The notes under the pieces were generated by a model that made no database searches, was not told where the DNA came from, and saw only the letters and a list, made by a program, of their open reading frames with translations. From a virus: a stretch of DNA of 64,000 nucleotides. Within the stretch, counting starts at the first letter, position 1. Every line of letters begins with the position of its first letter. A program made the translations under genes and the position numbers. This document shows, piece by piece, positions 9,801 through 19,400 of the stretch. The stretch is from positions 80,423-144,422 of IMG/VR virus record IMGVR_UViG_3300036770_005052; one strand, 5' to 3'.

Positions 9801-11738
9801 GATGGCAATGGTTTTTATGGTTCAACTAGAACAGCTACAATTAAAAATAAAGTATTTCTTGCTAACGTTGATAAAGTTTATTATTGGGTTATTAAAGGCG
9901 GTGGTGGATGGGGCGATGAACCTTTTGATACTTTATCATTACAATATTCGATTGATGGAACTGCTTGGTCAGCTACTATTGACTCTACAAATTATTCAGA
10001 TATTTTATCTACAAATAGTTGGACTCTAAAGTCTGTAACAGTTCCTGCAGGTGCCAAATATTATAATGGTGTTTACTTAAGATTTTCACAACCTGGTTAT
10101 AATACATCTAGTGTTTATAGAAGTTGGGCATTTACTTCAGTTTTATTTGATTTAAACAGTATATCTTCATCAGGATCTGGAAAATCTACATCATTTGCTT
10201 TGATGGATTTATCATCTTCATCTAATATTATTTTCCCAACTCCTCAACCTGGAACTAGATTAACGACAGTTGGTAGTGTTACTGGAATGGCAACCAGAAC
10301 TGAAGTGCCATCTTCAACACCAATTGTGGTATTTGACGGTAATGGTTTTTATGGTTCAACTAGATGGGTTTCAATACCAAATAAAGTCTTTTTAGGTGGT
10401 ATGTCCAGACTATATTATTGGGTAAATCGTGGTGGTGGTGGATGGGGAGATACCCCCTATGACACTTTATCATTACAGTATTCAATTGATGGAACTACTT
10501 GGTCAGCCACTATTGATTCAATTTCACAAACAACTAGTTATGATGGTACAAGTGAAATTTCAAGTAATCAATGGACTTTAAGAGAAGTTGATATTCCACA
10601 AGGAGCCAAATATTATAATGGTGTTTACTTAAGATTTTCACAATCTACTTATAATACATCAAATGTATATTATACTTGGGCAGTAACTTCAATAGTTGCA
10701 ACTATTAACGAATATGATCAATCTTATACACCAAGTACACTTAGTTTAATTGATCTCTTAAATCAAGATACTTTTAATCTGACAAAACCACGTACAGCTG
10801 CAAGAATAACTACAGTTAGTGGTGTTGCTGGAATGGCAACCAGAACTGAAGTGCCATCTTCAACACCAATTGTGGTATTTGGTGAGGCTGACTTATATCC
10901 TGGATTTTATGGTTCATCAAGAACATTAACAAATAGATCGAAAATTTTCCTCTCTAATGTTAATCAAGTTCAATTTTATGTTAATAAAGGTGGATCTAAT
11001 GGGGCTCAAACATGGGGTGATGAACCATTTTCATCATTATTTTTACAATATTCCGCCGATGGAATTACTTGGTCTACACTTTATGAAGTAGTAAGGACTA
11101 CAGTATCACCAAATACATGGACTCTTCAAACTGTCACAGTTCCAGCGGGAGCAAAATACTACAATGGAGTTTTCTTAAGATTCTCCCAACAATCTTATAA
11201 TGCATCTTCTTCATATTACACATGGGCAGCTACATCAGTAGTGGCACTTCCATCATCTGGAACTTCTGGAACTATTAGTTATTCTGACGATACAACAACA
11301 AACAGTACATATTATCCATCCGTAATTTCCGCAACTAGTGGTGGTTCTTTAAGAATTTCTTCCACAAAACTAACATACAACCCTTCAACTGGAAGACTTT
11401 CTTCAAGTAGTGTTTCTGACTCTAAAGGAGACTTAAGAACAATTCCAGTTAATGTGAAAAGTACTGGATATACACTAGTGCTTTCTGATGCTGGTAAGAT
11501 TATATCAACATCTTCTGGAATAACAATTCCTACTAATGTCTTTAGTAGTGGAGATGCTATTAGTGTATTTAATAATTCAGCATCAACACAAACAATAACT
11601 GCAAGTTCCGTTACGATGTATTTTCCTGGTTATTCTTCAGCTTTTGGATCTATAACATTGGATGCGAGAGGTGTATGCACAATTCTTTGTGTATCATCTA
11701 ATGTTTTTGTAATTTCTGGTGCAGGATTGATACCATGA
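6864..11738 (+). CDS. Collagen-like tail fibre with five tandem Reelin-subrepeat-like (Asp-box jelly-roll) domains
   Basis: 1624 aa. G-X-Q tract at ~7097-8567. Five ~180-aa repeats: 'RTEVP.ST.IVVF.G....WG D.P...L.LQYS.DG..W....W....V.VP..AKYYNGVYLRFSQ....WA.TS'. Confidence 0.8.
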   Translation: MVRYNSGRVRKFDQTGITSDRYQFLGLEQAEPDLGDPIVGVSSVIANPAPPGDQYVLAAVDGQVGKRYWLKSTNLVGIGSTGTQGTAGPPGSQGVQGSLSNFQGTQGRQGTQGNQGLQGNQGIQGVQGFLSNFQGTQGNQGSQGTQGNQGLQGTQGNQGLQGTSGNQGSQGLQGNQGVQGVQGFLSNFQGTQGNQGSQGLQGNQGTQGLQGSIGSQGTQGFQGIQGNQGTQGLQGSIGSQGTQGFQGIQGNQGLQGNFGNQGVQGAQGSQGVQGPNGSFGAKGDQGVQGLQGLQGTSVQGSQGAQGVLSNFQGTQGNQGIQGSQGMQGAQGVQGFLSNFQGTQGNQGLQGNQGIQGVQGFLSNFQGTQGIQGSQGSQATQGVQGAQGSIGPQGFQGLQSSQGMQGNIGNQGGQGLQGLQGTQGFSGSTGSKGDQGAQGLQGLQGSQGNQGLSNQGPQGPQGSQGSQGLQGSQGTQGFTGGEGRQGAQGPQGVQGLSGGEGRQGAQGPQGVQGVQGLQGFSGNVGSKGDQGAQGVGAQGTQGLQGFSGSIGGKGDQGAQGIQGVQGLTGISPLTSASLAVIDAAVSSTINLGSGARLSTVASVSAMATRTEVPGSTSIVVFDGNGNRSATTAGKYYLSAVSKLFYWVNRGGGGWGDDPAGTTVELQFSYDGSTGWTALDQVTTSIVSSNNTWIQREIILSNFSGSQYYNGVYLRFVQSPLSRSSNVDTWAFTSVIYQAGSAGGGGSTSTGSNSLAVMDVSSTSTISLPSYPSTSGVRLTTVSGVTGMTSRTEVPGSTPIVVFDGNGIANSTRTVTLPNRVYLSTVNKLYYWVIKGGGGWGDEPFDTLSLQYSYDGTNWLGTIDSTAYQDILSTNTWTQKSVTVPAAAKYYNGVYLRFSQPGYNTSSTYRSWAITSIIPDFGAAGGGSSGGSTSLALVDLSSSNNFDFPTPQPGARLTTVSAVTGMATRTEVPGSTPIVVFDGNGFYGSTRTATIKNKVFLANVDKVYYWVIKGGGGWGDEPFDTLSLQYSIDGTAWSATIDSTNYSDILSTNSWTLKSVTVPAGAKYYNGVYLRFSQPGYNTSSVYRSWAFTSVLFDLNSISSSGSGKSTSFALMDLSSSSNIIFPTPQPGTRLTTVGSVTGMATRTEVPSSTPIVVFDGNGFYGSTRWVSIPNKVFLGGMSRLYYWVNRGGGGWGDTPYDTLSLQYSIDGTTWSATIDSISQTTSYDGTSEISSNQWTLREVDIPQGAKYYNGVYLRFSQSTYNTSNVYYTWAVTSIVATINEYDQSYTPSTLSLIDLLNQDTFNLTKPRTAARITTVSGVAGMATRTEVPSSTPIVVFGEADLYPGFYGSSRTLTNRSKIFLSNVNQVQFYVNKGGSNGAQTWGDEPFSSLFLQYSADGITWSTLYEVVRTTVSPNTWTLQTVTVPAGAKYYNGVFLRFSQQSYNASSSYYTWAATSVVALPSSGTSGTISYSDDTTTNSTYYPSVISATSGGSLRISSTKLTYNPSTGRLSSSSVSDSKGDLRTIPVNVKSTGYTLVLSDAGKIISTSSGITIPTNVFSSGDAISVFNNSASTQTITASSVTMYFPGYSSAFGSITLDARGVCTILCVSSNVFVISGAGLIP
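7097..8567 (+). repeat. Gly-X-Gln collagen-like tract 2
   Basis: 9-nt periodic repeat; about six xLSNFQG interruptions; shares identical DNA blocks with tract 1. Confidence 0.95.
8580..11250 (+). repeat. Five ~540-nt coding repeats (Reelin-like domains)
   Basis: 'ccagaactgaagt' anchor recurs at about 8683, 9226, 9760, 10294 and 10840. Confidence 0.9.
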
Positions 11739-12394
11739 GTATTCAGCAACTATTTTTTTCAGGTGGATTTAGTTTACAATTACCTGATTTTATTTCTTCT
11801 GGATCAAAATTACCTGTTTATGGAACAAGTGGTGGTTCCTACCCTCCTCCTGGATGGGTTGGTGTTCAAAATGCTTCTGTTGATGATGGTTGGTTATCTA
11901 TTTTTCTTCCATTTACATTTTATATTGCTGGAAATGGATACACTACAACCTATATAAGTTCAAATACCTATCTTACATTTGGTTCTGGATCTGCCAGTTT
12001 TAGCGGATTATCTGCCTCAAATCCAGCTCTTCCAAAATTTATGTTTGGTGCTTTCGATAACTCTTTTCAAAGAGTTTCTAGATTCACTAGTGGAACCGAT
12101 TATCAAAGAATTCGTTATGAAGGAACTGCCTCTACTATTGGTACTGTAGGTTCTCCAAATATTGTTCTTGAAATTACGTTATTTAATCCAGAAAATTATG
12201 GTGGATTAAATGTTCTCGAATTATTAACAGGGGATCATAACAGAACAGGAGGAGTAAGTCTTGTGGCAAATTCATCTACAGCATACGCTACATATACTCA
12301 ATCTCCTTTTAGAAGTTATGTATTTGTAGGAAATAGCAATGGAACATCATGGAAAATTTATACAGATTATTATGTAAATAACACTGATTATTAA
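11735..12394 (+). CDS. Nidogen/NIDO-like small structural or receptor-binding protein
   Basis: 'DDGWLSIFLPFTFYIAGNGYTTTYISSNTYLTFG' matches the DDG..I.L.F.F...G..Y....ISSN..L.F pattern of NIDO-like domains; overlaps the upstream stop (ATGA). Confidence 0.55.
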   Translation: MSIQQLFFSGGFSLQLPDFISSGSKLPVYGTSGGSYPPPGWVGVQNASVDDGWLSIFLPFTFYIAGNGYTTTYISSNTYLTFGSGSASFSGLSASNPALPKFMFGAFDNSFQRVSRFTSGTDYQRIRYEGTASTIGTVGSPNIVLEITLFNPENYGGLNVLELLTGDHNRTGGVSLVANSSTAYATYTQSPFRSYVFVGNSNGTSWKIYTDYYVNNTDY

Positions 12395-12409
12395 GCTAAC
12401 TAGCACCTC

Positions 12410-12438
12410 TTGACAACCCTTCACAGATGCTATATAAT
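12410..12438 (+). promoter_or_regulatory. Sigma70-type promoter
   Basis: TTGACA (12410-15), 17 nt, TATAAT (12433-38). Confidence 0.85.
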
Positions 12439-12463
12439 ACTCAGGTAATCAATCAAAGACCAA

Positions 12464-12649
12464 ATGAAAACCGAAGAGTTCTTGAGTCGTTGCGTTGTCG
12501 ATACTCTTGCACGTAAATTTTACCTATATTCTAGTGAAGGTTCAGAACGAATCGTAGAATGCGAGAATGTTGACCAGTTTATGAACGTACTGGAAGTTGT
12601 GCGCACTCAGGTAAGTGAAGATTGTCTTGCATACACCGATCCTCTTTAA
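12464..12649 (+). CDS. Conserved cyanophage-type hypothetical protein
   Basis: 61-aa ORF directly after a consensus promoter. Confidence 0.7.
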   Translation: MKTEEFLSRCVVDTLARKFYLYSSEGSERIVECENVDQFMNVLEVVRTQVSEDCLAYTDPL

Positions 12650-12652
12650 GAA

Positions 12653-12826
12653 ATGGAAGTTTTCACTGTAGATGAATTTCAAGAACATTTTGATAAACTC
12701 ATGGAAAGAGTCGAAAATGGTGAACATCTAGGTATAATCAACGAAAACGGCCAGGCGACAGTGATGATGCCATACGATGATGACCTTATACGAATACACA
12801 CTGAATTAAACAACGAAGCATCTTGA
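12653..12826 (+). CDS. Phd/YefM-like antitoxin-domain protein (not in ORF track)
   Basis: MEVFTVDEFQEHFDKLMERVENGEHLGIINENGQATVMMPYDDD...(57 aa) fits the Phd N-terminal pattern T..EF...F..L..RV..GE...I....G...V..P. Confidence 0.65.
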   Translation: MEVFTVDEFQEHFDKLMERVENGEHLGIINENGQATVMMPYDDDLIRIHTELNNEAS

Positions 12827-12851
12827 CAAAGAGTTCCAGATCCTCTATAAT
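12823..12851 (+). promoter_or_regulatory. Sigma70-type promoter for tRNA locus
   Basis: TTGACA (12823-28), 17 nt, TATAAT (12846-51). Confidence 0.85.
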
Positions 12852-12863
12852 TGATCTGTTCAA

Positions 12864-12951
12864 GCGAGTGAGACTTGGTAGTCAGAGGAGTCTTATAAAC
12901 TCTTTCCGCCAGATTAGCGGCTTTGACCTGGTTCGAATCCAGGCACTCGTA
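12864..12951 (+). tRNA. Non-canonical tRNA, anticodon UAU (nominally Ile), long variable region
   Basis: Acceptor GCGAGTG/CACTCGT+A; T-arm CCTGG-TTCGAAT-CCAGG; anticodon arm GGAGT-CTTATAA-ACTCT (TAT at 12894-96); small D hairpin GACT-TGGT-AGTC; extra arm CCGC-CAGATTA-GCGG. Confidence 0.75.
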
Positions 12952-12953
12952 TC

Positions 12954-13005
12954 TGCTTACCCATTTTGTAGTGGGTTTTAGAGGGTAAGCAACAGTAAAC
13001 CTACT
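12954..13005 (+). ncRNA. Putative H-type pseudoknot between the two tRNAs
   Basis: S1 TGCTTACCC(12954-62)/GGGTAAGCA(12983-91); S2 AGTGGGTTT(12970-78)/AAACCTACT(12997-13005). Confidence 0.4.
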
Positions 13006-13008
13006 TGA

Positions 13009-13093
13009 AAAGCGGTGACGTAACTGGTAGCCGTATCAGACTTAAAATCTGCTGGGAGTATTCCCGTGGGGGTTCGATTCCCCCCTCGCCCTA
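13009..13093 (+). tRNA. tRNA-Leu(UAA), acceptor stem defective (possible pseudo-tRNA)
   Basis: D arm ACG/CGT; anticodon loop CT-TAA-AA (13043-45); variable arm GGGA/TCCC; T arm GGGGG-TTCGATT-CCCCC. The 5' strand AAAGCGG pairs poorly with the 3' (C)TCGCCC(T). Confidence 0.7.
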
Positions 13094-13097
13094 TAAA

Positions 13098-13104
13098 ATA
13101 AATA
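13098..13104 (+). promoter_or_regulatory. T4-type late promoter
   Basis: ATAAATA 19 nt upstream of ORF 13124. Confidence 0.6.
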
Positions 13105-13123
13105 TAAGATATGGGAAATCCCA

Positions 13124-13429
13124 ATGTCTTATCGTATTGATCACGCATACTGCTGGTACAACAATGGCAGTATGATTGTGAAGATGTATTTTATCAATCA
13201 TATACCTTTTACATTTGATGAACTTCCAGATGGTCATTTGTACGATCAAGATCTTTGTAGATTAGCAGATCAACAATGCACATTTGAACCGGAAGATTTG
13301 TATAAAAATTCATTCTATTTAATAGATGAAGAAGTACATCCATGTTTTTTTCCAGTTGAGTTAGAAAATCCTGAAGATCTTCCAGATAACCTTGAATATG
13401 ATTATGGTGAAGAAGACTTGACTAACTAA
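13124..13429 (+). CDS. Conserved cyanophage-type hypothetical protein
   Basis: 101-aa acidic ORF after a late-promoter motif. Confidence 0.7.
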   Translation: MSYRIDHAYCWYNNGSMIVKMYFINHIPFTFDELPDGHLYDQDLCRLADQQCTFEPEDLYKNSFYLIDEEVHPCFFPVELENPEDLPDNLEYDYGEEDLTN

Positions 13430-13464
13430 ATAAAACATAGAATTACTACAGCTAATATAATACA

Positions 13465-16400
13465 ATGCCTCTTAATAAGTTAGAGAATTTTATTAAGAAT
13501 ACAGAAGGTCGTATTCTTTATGTAAATCCAAATGATCTTGATTCAACTGATTCGATTACTAATCAAGGAAATTCACTTGCTCAACCGTTTAAGACTGTAC
13601 AAAGAGCTCTTTTAGAATCAGCAAGATTTTCTTATTTGAGAGGTTATAATAATGATCTTACTGAAAAAACTACAATTTTACTTTTTCCAGGTGAACATTT
13701 AATTGACAATAGACCTGGTTATGCAATTTATGATAATGATCCCCTTGGTGCATATGCGGTTCCCCCAACTGGTGGTGTTGGAGTTCCTGCACCACAAACT
13801 TTATCATTAGAACTAGATTCAGTATTTGATCTGACTGATCCAGACAATATTCTTTACAAATTTAATAGTGTATATGGTGGTGTTATTGTTCCTCGTGGCA
13901 CTTCAATTGTCGGTCTTGATTTAAGAAAGACTAAGATTCGTCCAAAATATGTCCCAAATCCAACCGACCCAAGTGCAACTAATTCTGCAATTTTTAGAAT
14001 TACTGGTGCTTGCTATTTTTGGCAATTATCAATCTTTGATGGTGATGAAAGTGGATTAGTTTATACAAATCCAACATATTCTACCAGTATATATCAATCT
14101 ACTCCTACGTTTTCTCACCACAAACTAACTTGTTTTGAATATGCGGATGGTGTAAATCCTGTTGGTTCTTATGAATTAACAGATCTTGATATGTATTATA
14201 GTAAGCTCTCGAATGCTTACAATACTTATAGAAATATTGATGCAAAATATCCTTCTGAACCATTAGGATTTTCGAAAAAAGCCCCAGAATGGGAAATTGT
14301 TGGTGCATTCGCATCTGATCCTATTGATATTACTGGATTATTTTCGGGCAATGGTACAACTGCCGGAGCTAGAGTTACTGTAACTACCGCGTTTGAACAT
14401 AATTTAAATTCCGGAACTCCAATTAAAATTCGTGATGTTTCGGAAGGAACTTATAATGTTTCAACAAAAGTACAAGAAGTTTTAAGTCCAACTCAATTTA
14501 CATATCTCTTAACCTCATTTCCAATCAATTTAGATGCAAATCCAAGTGTATCTGGTGCAACAGTTACTGTCGAAACGGATACTGTCTCTGGTGCTTCTCC
14601 ATACATTTTTAACTGCTCTTTAAGATCAGTATGGGGTATGAACGGAATGCACGCTGATGGGTCAAAGGCATCAGGCTTCCGTTCCATGGTTGTTGCACAG
14701 TTCACCGCAGTATCACTACAAAAAGATGACCGTGCATTTGTAAAATATAATAATGTAGCAAGAGCATATGAAGGTGTTACCATTTCTCCAGTATCAGGAG
14801 CAGCTTTATCATCTGGCTCTTCTCAAACTGATGCAGAATTGGTTTATCACTTAGATCAAAACGCAATATATCGAAATGGATGGGAAACTAGCCATATTAA
14901 AATTTCCAATGATTCCTTTATTCAAATCGTATCTGTTTTTGCAATTGGTTTTAATAAGCATTTTGATGTTCAAAGTGGTAGTGATGCATCTATTACAAAC
15001 TCCAACTCTAATTTTGGTCAAATTTCATTAAATGCTGAAGGTTTTAAAAATGCTGCCTTTGGCAAAGATAATAAAGCATTTATTACATCAATTATACCTC
15101 CCAGAAATATTGATGAATTTGATGAAGACATTATTGAATGGCTTTCTTTAGATGTTGGCATTACAACTGCATATGGTAATGATACTACTGATACCTCTAG
15201 ACTTTACCTTTATGGTTTTACTGCCAAAGATAGTCTTCCAGTTAGCTTAACACAAGGATATCGTGTCGGTGCTCGTAAAAATGATATCTTATATCTTTCA
15301 TATAATGGGGTAGAATATAATGCTAAAATATACATGGAGGATCCTAGTGGTGTTGGATTAATTAGTGCTGAAAAATCATATTCAGTAATAGGATCTCCAT
15401 CAAATAATATTTTTACTTTAAATACTCCTTTAAATTTATTAACAACTGGAGAAAAAGTTGTTATTAATAGTGAAGATGGAGATCTGCCCGAAAATATAAC
15501 AGAGCATATTCCATATTATGTCATTAAAATTAATTCAACTCAAATCAAATTAGCAACATCATATACTAATGCAATTTTAGACAACCCAATTACTGTTTAT
15601 GGTGGAACAAATCTAATCATCAAAAGTAGGGTGTCTGATAAAAATGCTGGTGAATATGGTTCTCCTCTTCAATATGATGATACCTATCAAAATTGGTATA
15701 TAAAAGTTGCAGAAGATAATCAAATATATAATCTTCTCAATACAATTGGTGTTCAAACACTTACAGAAACTACAGATTTAAGTTATATAAAAAGAGTTTC
15801 TGATGGAAGAGCTCTTGATGAAAAATTATATAAAGTTAGGGTAGTTATTCCAAAAGAATTTGCAAATGCAAAAAATCCAGAATCTGGATTTGTTTTGCAA
15901 GAATCAAGTTCAACTGGTGCTAGAAATTCTGCAGATTTTAGTCGTACTACAATATCAACAAGTGATTATGACTATAAGAAAAACCCAAGATTTATTGAAA
16001 AATGTACATTACAAGATAATACAGTAACAGTCACTACAGAACTTCCTCATAATTTAAAAGTTGGGGATATTGTAATTATTAAATATGTAACTGACACTAT
16101 TAATACTACTGGAGATCAAACTTTAGGATACAATGGTTATTTTAAAGTTACGACTATCCCAAATATAATGAGTTTTCAATATGATATTGTAGATATAAAA
16201 GGAAAGTCACACTCTCCTGGAGTTTTTACTAATGATGTAACAAATAGAACAACAACATTACCAAGATATGAAAGAAATGATTTAAAATCAAATATATTCA
16301 TTTATAGAAATCAAGTAATTTCTCCATATATTGAAAACAGCCAAGATGGAATCTACCATCTTTATCTACTGAATGCAAGCAATACAGTCTCAACAGAGTT

Positions 16401-19400
16401 TACAAATTTACAATACAGTCAAAATAGTGTTGATTTATACCCCCAATTAGATAGAGATAATTTCGATTCTAACCCAGAATCTTCTATTACATTTGCCAAG
16501 AGAAATCCAATTGGTGATATTGTAACAAATGATCTTAAAAGAAGTGTTACTAGAGAAACTGTTGATAAATTACTAAAAGATTTTGGAAAAGGATTGAGAA
16601 TTTCTAATGTTTCTAGTACATCATCTTCCGCAACGATTACAATTGATCGTGATCATTTGTTAGGCGGAATAGTTGGATATTCTGCTTTAACTGGTGGAAG
16701 TGGTCATACTCCAGGAACTTATTATAATGTAAAATTATATAATGATCTTGCCTTATCTGAATGGAATGGTGCAACAGCAAAAGTTACAGTTTCAGGTTCT
16801 GGATCTGTTACAAATGCTGAGATAATTGCAAACGGTTCTGCATATACAAATAATTCAACTTTATATTTTGACAGTTTAAAAATTGGTGGATCTGCAAGTG
16901 CAAGAATTACAGTTTCAACTTCTGGAATTTCTACAAGTATAGGTGATGTTGTACAAATTGCTGGAGCTGGCACTACAACTTCAAATCAATATTATAGGAT
17001 TACTTCATTACCAGCAACAAATCAAATAGCAGTTGCAAGAACATCTGGTGATGCTTCTATTGCTTCTGGTCAATATGCATTAGTTATTGGCCCATCAGTA
17101 AAAATTAGTAGCACATCATACACATCAAATACAGGTCTTTTAACAGTTAATTCATCATCTGCACACGGATTATTGGCTGGAAATAGATTTAGAATTATTG
17201 ATTCATCAAATAATAATCTTGGTGACTATGTTGTAAATGAAAGAATTAGCTTAACTTCATTTACAGCTTTTACATATAAATCTATTTCTGCATCAAATGG
17301 ATTTATTTTAAAACATGGCTTATCAGCTAATAATGGAGTTTCTGATACTAGAGGTGAAAACTTAGGTGTAAGAGGAATTCCATTATATGCAAATGAGTCA
17401 TTAAAACTTCAAAATTCAATTACAACAGATACTGTAATTGATGTATTACCATCTACGGTTGGAATAACAACAATTGCAGGAAGATTCCCATTAGGATCTT
17501 ATATTCAAATTGATAATGAAATTATGAGAATCACTACTTCTGGTAGTGAAACTACATTTGGTGTTATCAGAGGTTCTTTGGGAACACGTCAAGAAGATCA
17601 TGATGCAAATTCTATAATTCGTAAAATTGAACCAATAGCAGTAGAATTTAGAAGACCTTCAATTTTACGTGCATCTGGTCACACATTTGAATATATGGGA
17701 TTTGGACCTGGCAACTATTCAACGGGTCTTCCGCAAGTTCAAATACGTGCTCTTACAGATAGAGAGGAATTTCTTTCACAAGCACAAGAAAGATCTTGTG
17801 GTGCTGTAATTTACACTGGAATGAATAATAAAGGTGATGTTTACAGTGGTAATACAAAAACTATTGCATCTAGTGGTGAGATTATTTCTTATGACATTCC
17901 AAAACCAACAGTAACTGGACAAGATCCTACAAAATTAAGTGTTGTATTTGACGAAGTTACTGTTAAAGAAAGATTATTGGTTGAAGGTGGTGCATCTGCA
18001 ACTGTTCTTTCCCAATTTAACGGACCTCTTACACTTAATGGGCAACTTAGAGTTAAGGCAAAAGCAACATTTAGTAGACAAGTAAAAATTTCAAATACTA
18101 CACCATCAACCAACAAATTTACTGGTGCTTTGATCATCAATGGTGGTGTAGGAATTCTTGAAAATATAAATGTTGGTGGAATTGGTTCATTCTCAAATTC
18201 TCAAGATTCAACTACTATTGCCAACGGATCTATAGTTACAAATGGTGGAGTTGGAATTGAAAAAAGACTTAATGTTGGCGGCGCAGTTGGATTTACAAGT
18301 ACTACAGACTCGACAAGTGGATCAACTGGAGCATTTGTGATAACTGGTGGTGTTGGAATTGGCAAAAACTTAAATGTTAGTGGAATTACAAATGCTGAAA
18401 ACAGCACCGATTCCACATTAATTTCAAATGGATCTTTAACCGTTCAAGGTGGAGTTGGAATTAGAAAAAGACTTAATGTTGGTGGTGCTGTTGGATTTAC
18501 AAGTACTACAGATTCCACATCCACAACTTCTGGCGCATTAATTGTAACTGGTGGTGTTGGAATTGGTAAAACAGTATTCATTGGTGGTAGTTTAAATGTT
18601 GCATTAACTAGATCTACAACTCTTGGTGGAACATTGAGTGTTGTTGGAAATACAAATTTGAGTGGAACATTGGGTGTTGCAGCTGGTCAAGCAACTGATC
18701 TTGGCGGAACATTAAATGTTGATGGTGCCACAACATTGCAAAGCACATTAGATGTTACTGGAAGTTCAACATTTAATAGTAATACCACAATTAATGGAAT
18801 ATTAGATGTAAACTCTGGTGCCACTATTGATAATATCAGAATTGGAATTGCAAATGACAATACAATTGACACAAGCACTGGTGGATTAACATTAGATTCT
18901 TCGAGTGGTACAACTACAATCAGCGATAATACTACTATAACAGGAACTCTTGATGTTTCTGCAAATATAACTGGAAGTAGTGCTATCAGTGCTACTGGTA
19001 ATATTAGTGCTGGTAATAGATTAATTGGACAACTTCAAAGATCAGTCAGAATTGTGGGGTCTGGGGTCGATTCTACATTTAACAATAGCAGTGATGTTAC
19101 AGTTACCCTACCAGACAAAACTAAAATAACAGTTTCTGGAAGCACAGATCCTGGTATTTCAAATGGATTTAGGGAAAATATGACTGCAACCAGACAGGGT
19201 GATGCAGATACTTTGATGTTTAGGGGAATCAATGGTGGAACTTCAGTAGGAAGTGGTGGACTCACATGTGCTGGTGATATTATTGCATTTGCTTCTGATG
19301 AAAGATTAAAAACTAATATTGAGCCAATCGAAAATGCGGTTGATAAGGTACTCAAACTCCGTGGATTTACATATAACTTTAATGAAATTGGAGAAGAACT

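Noticed and set aside
6864-11738. Diversity-generating retroelement acting on the fibre repeats
   Set aside because: No reverse transcriptase in the window, the repeats are all in-frame coding, and differences are not adenine-specific.
12952-13008. HDV-like (theta) ribozyme downstream of the tRNA
   Set aside because: No room for P3/L3/P1.1 or P4 between the helices; only a simple two-stem pseudoknot can be drawn.
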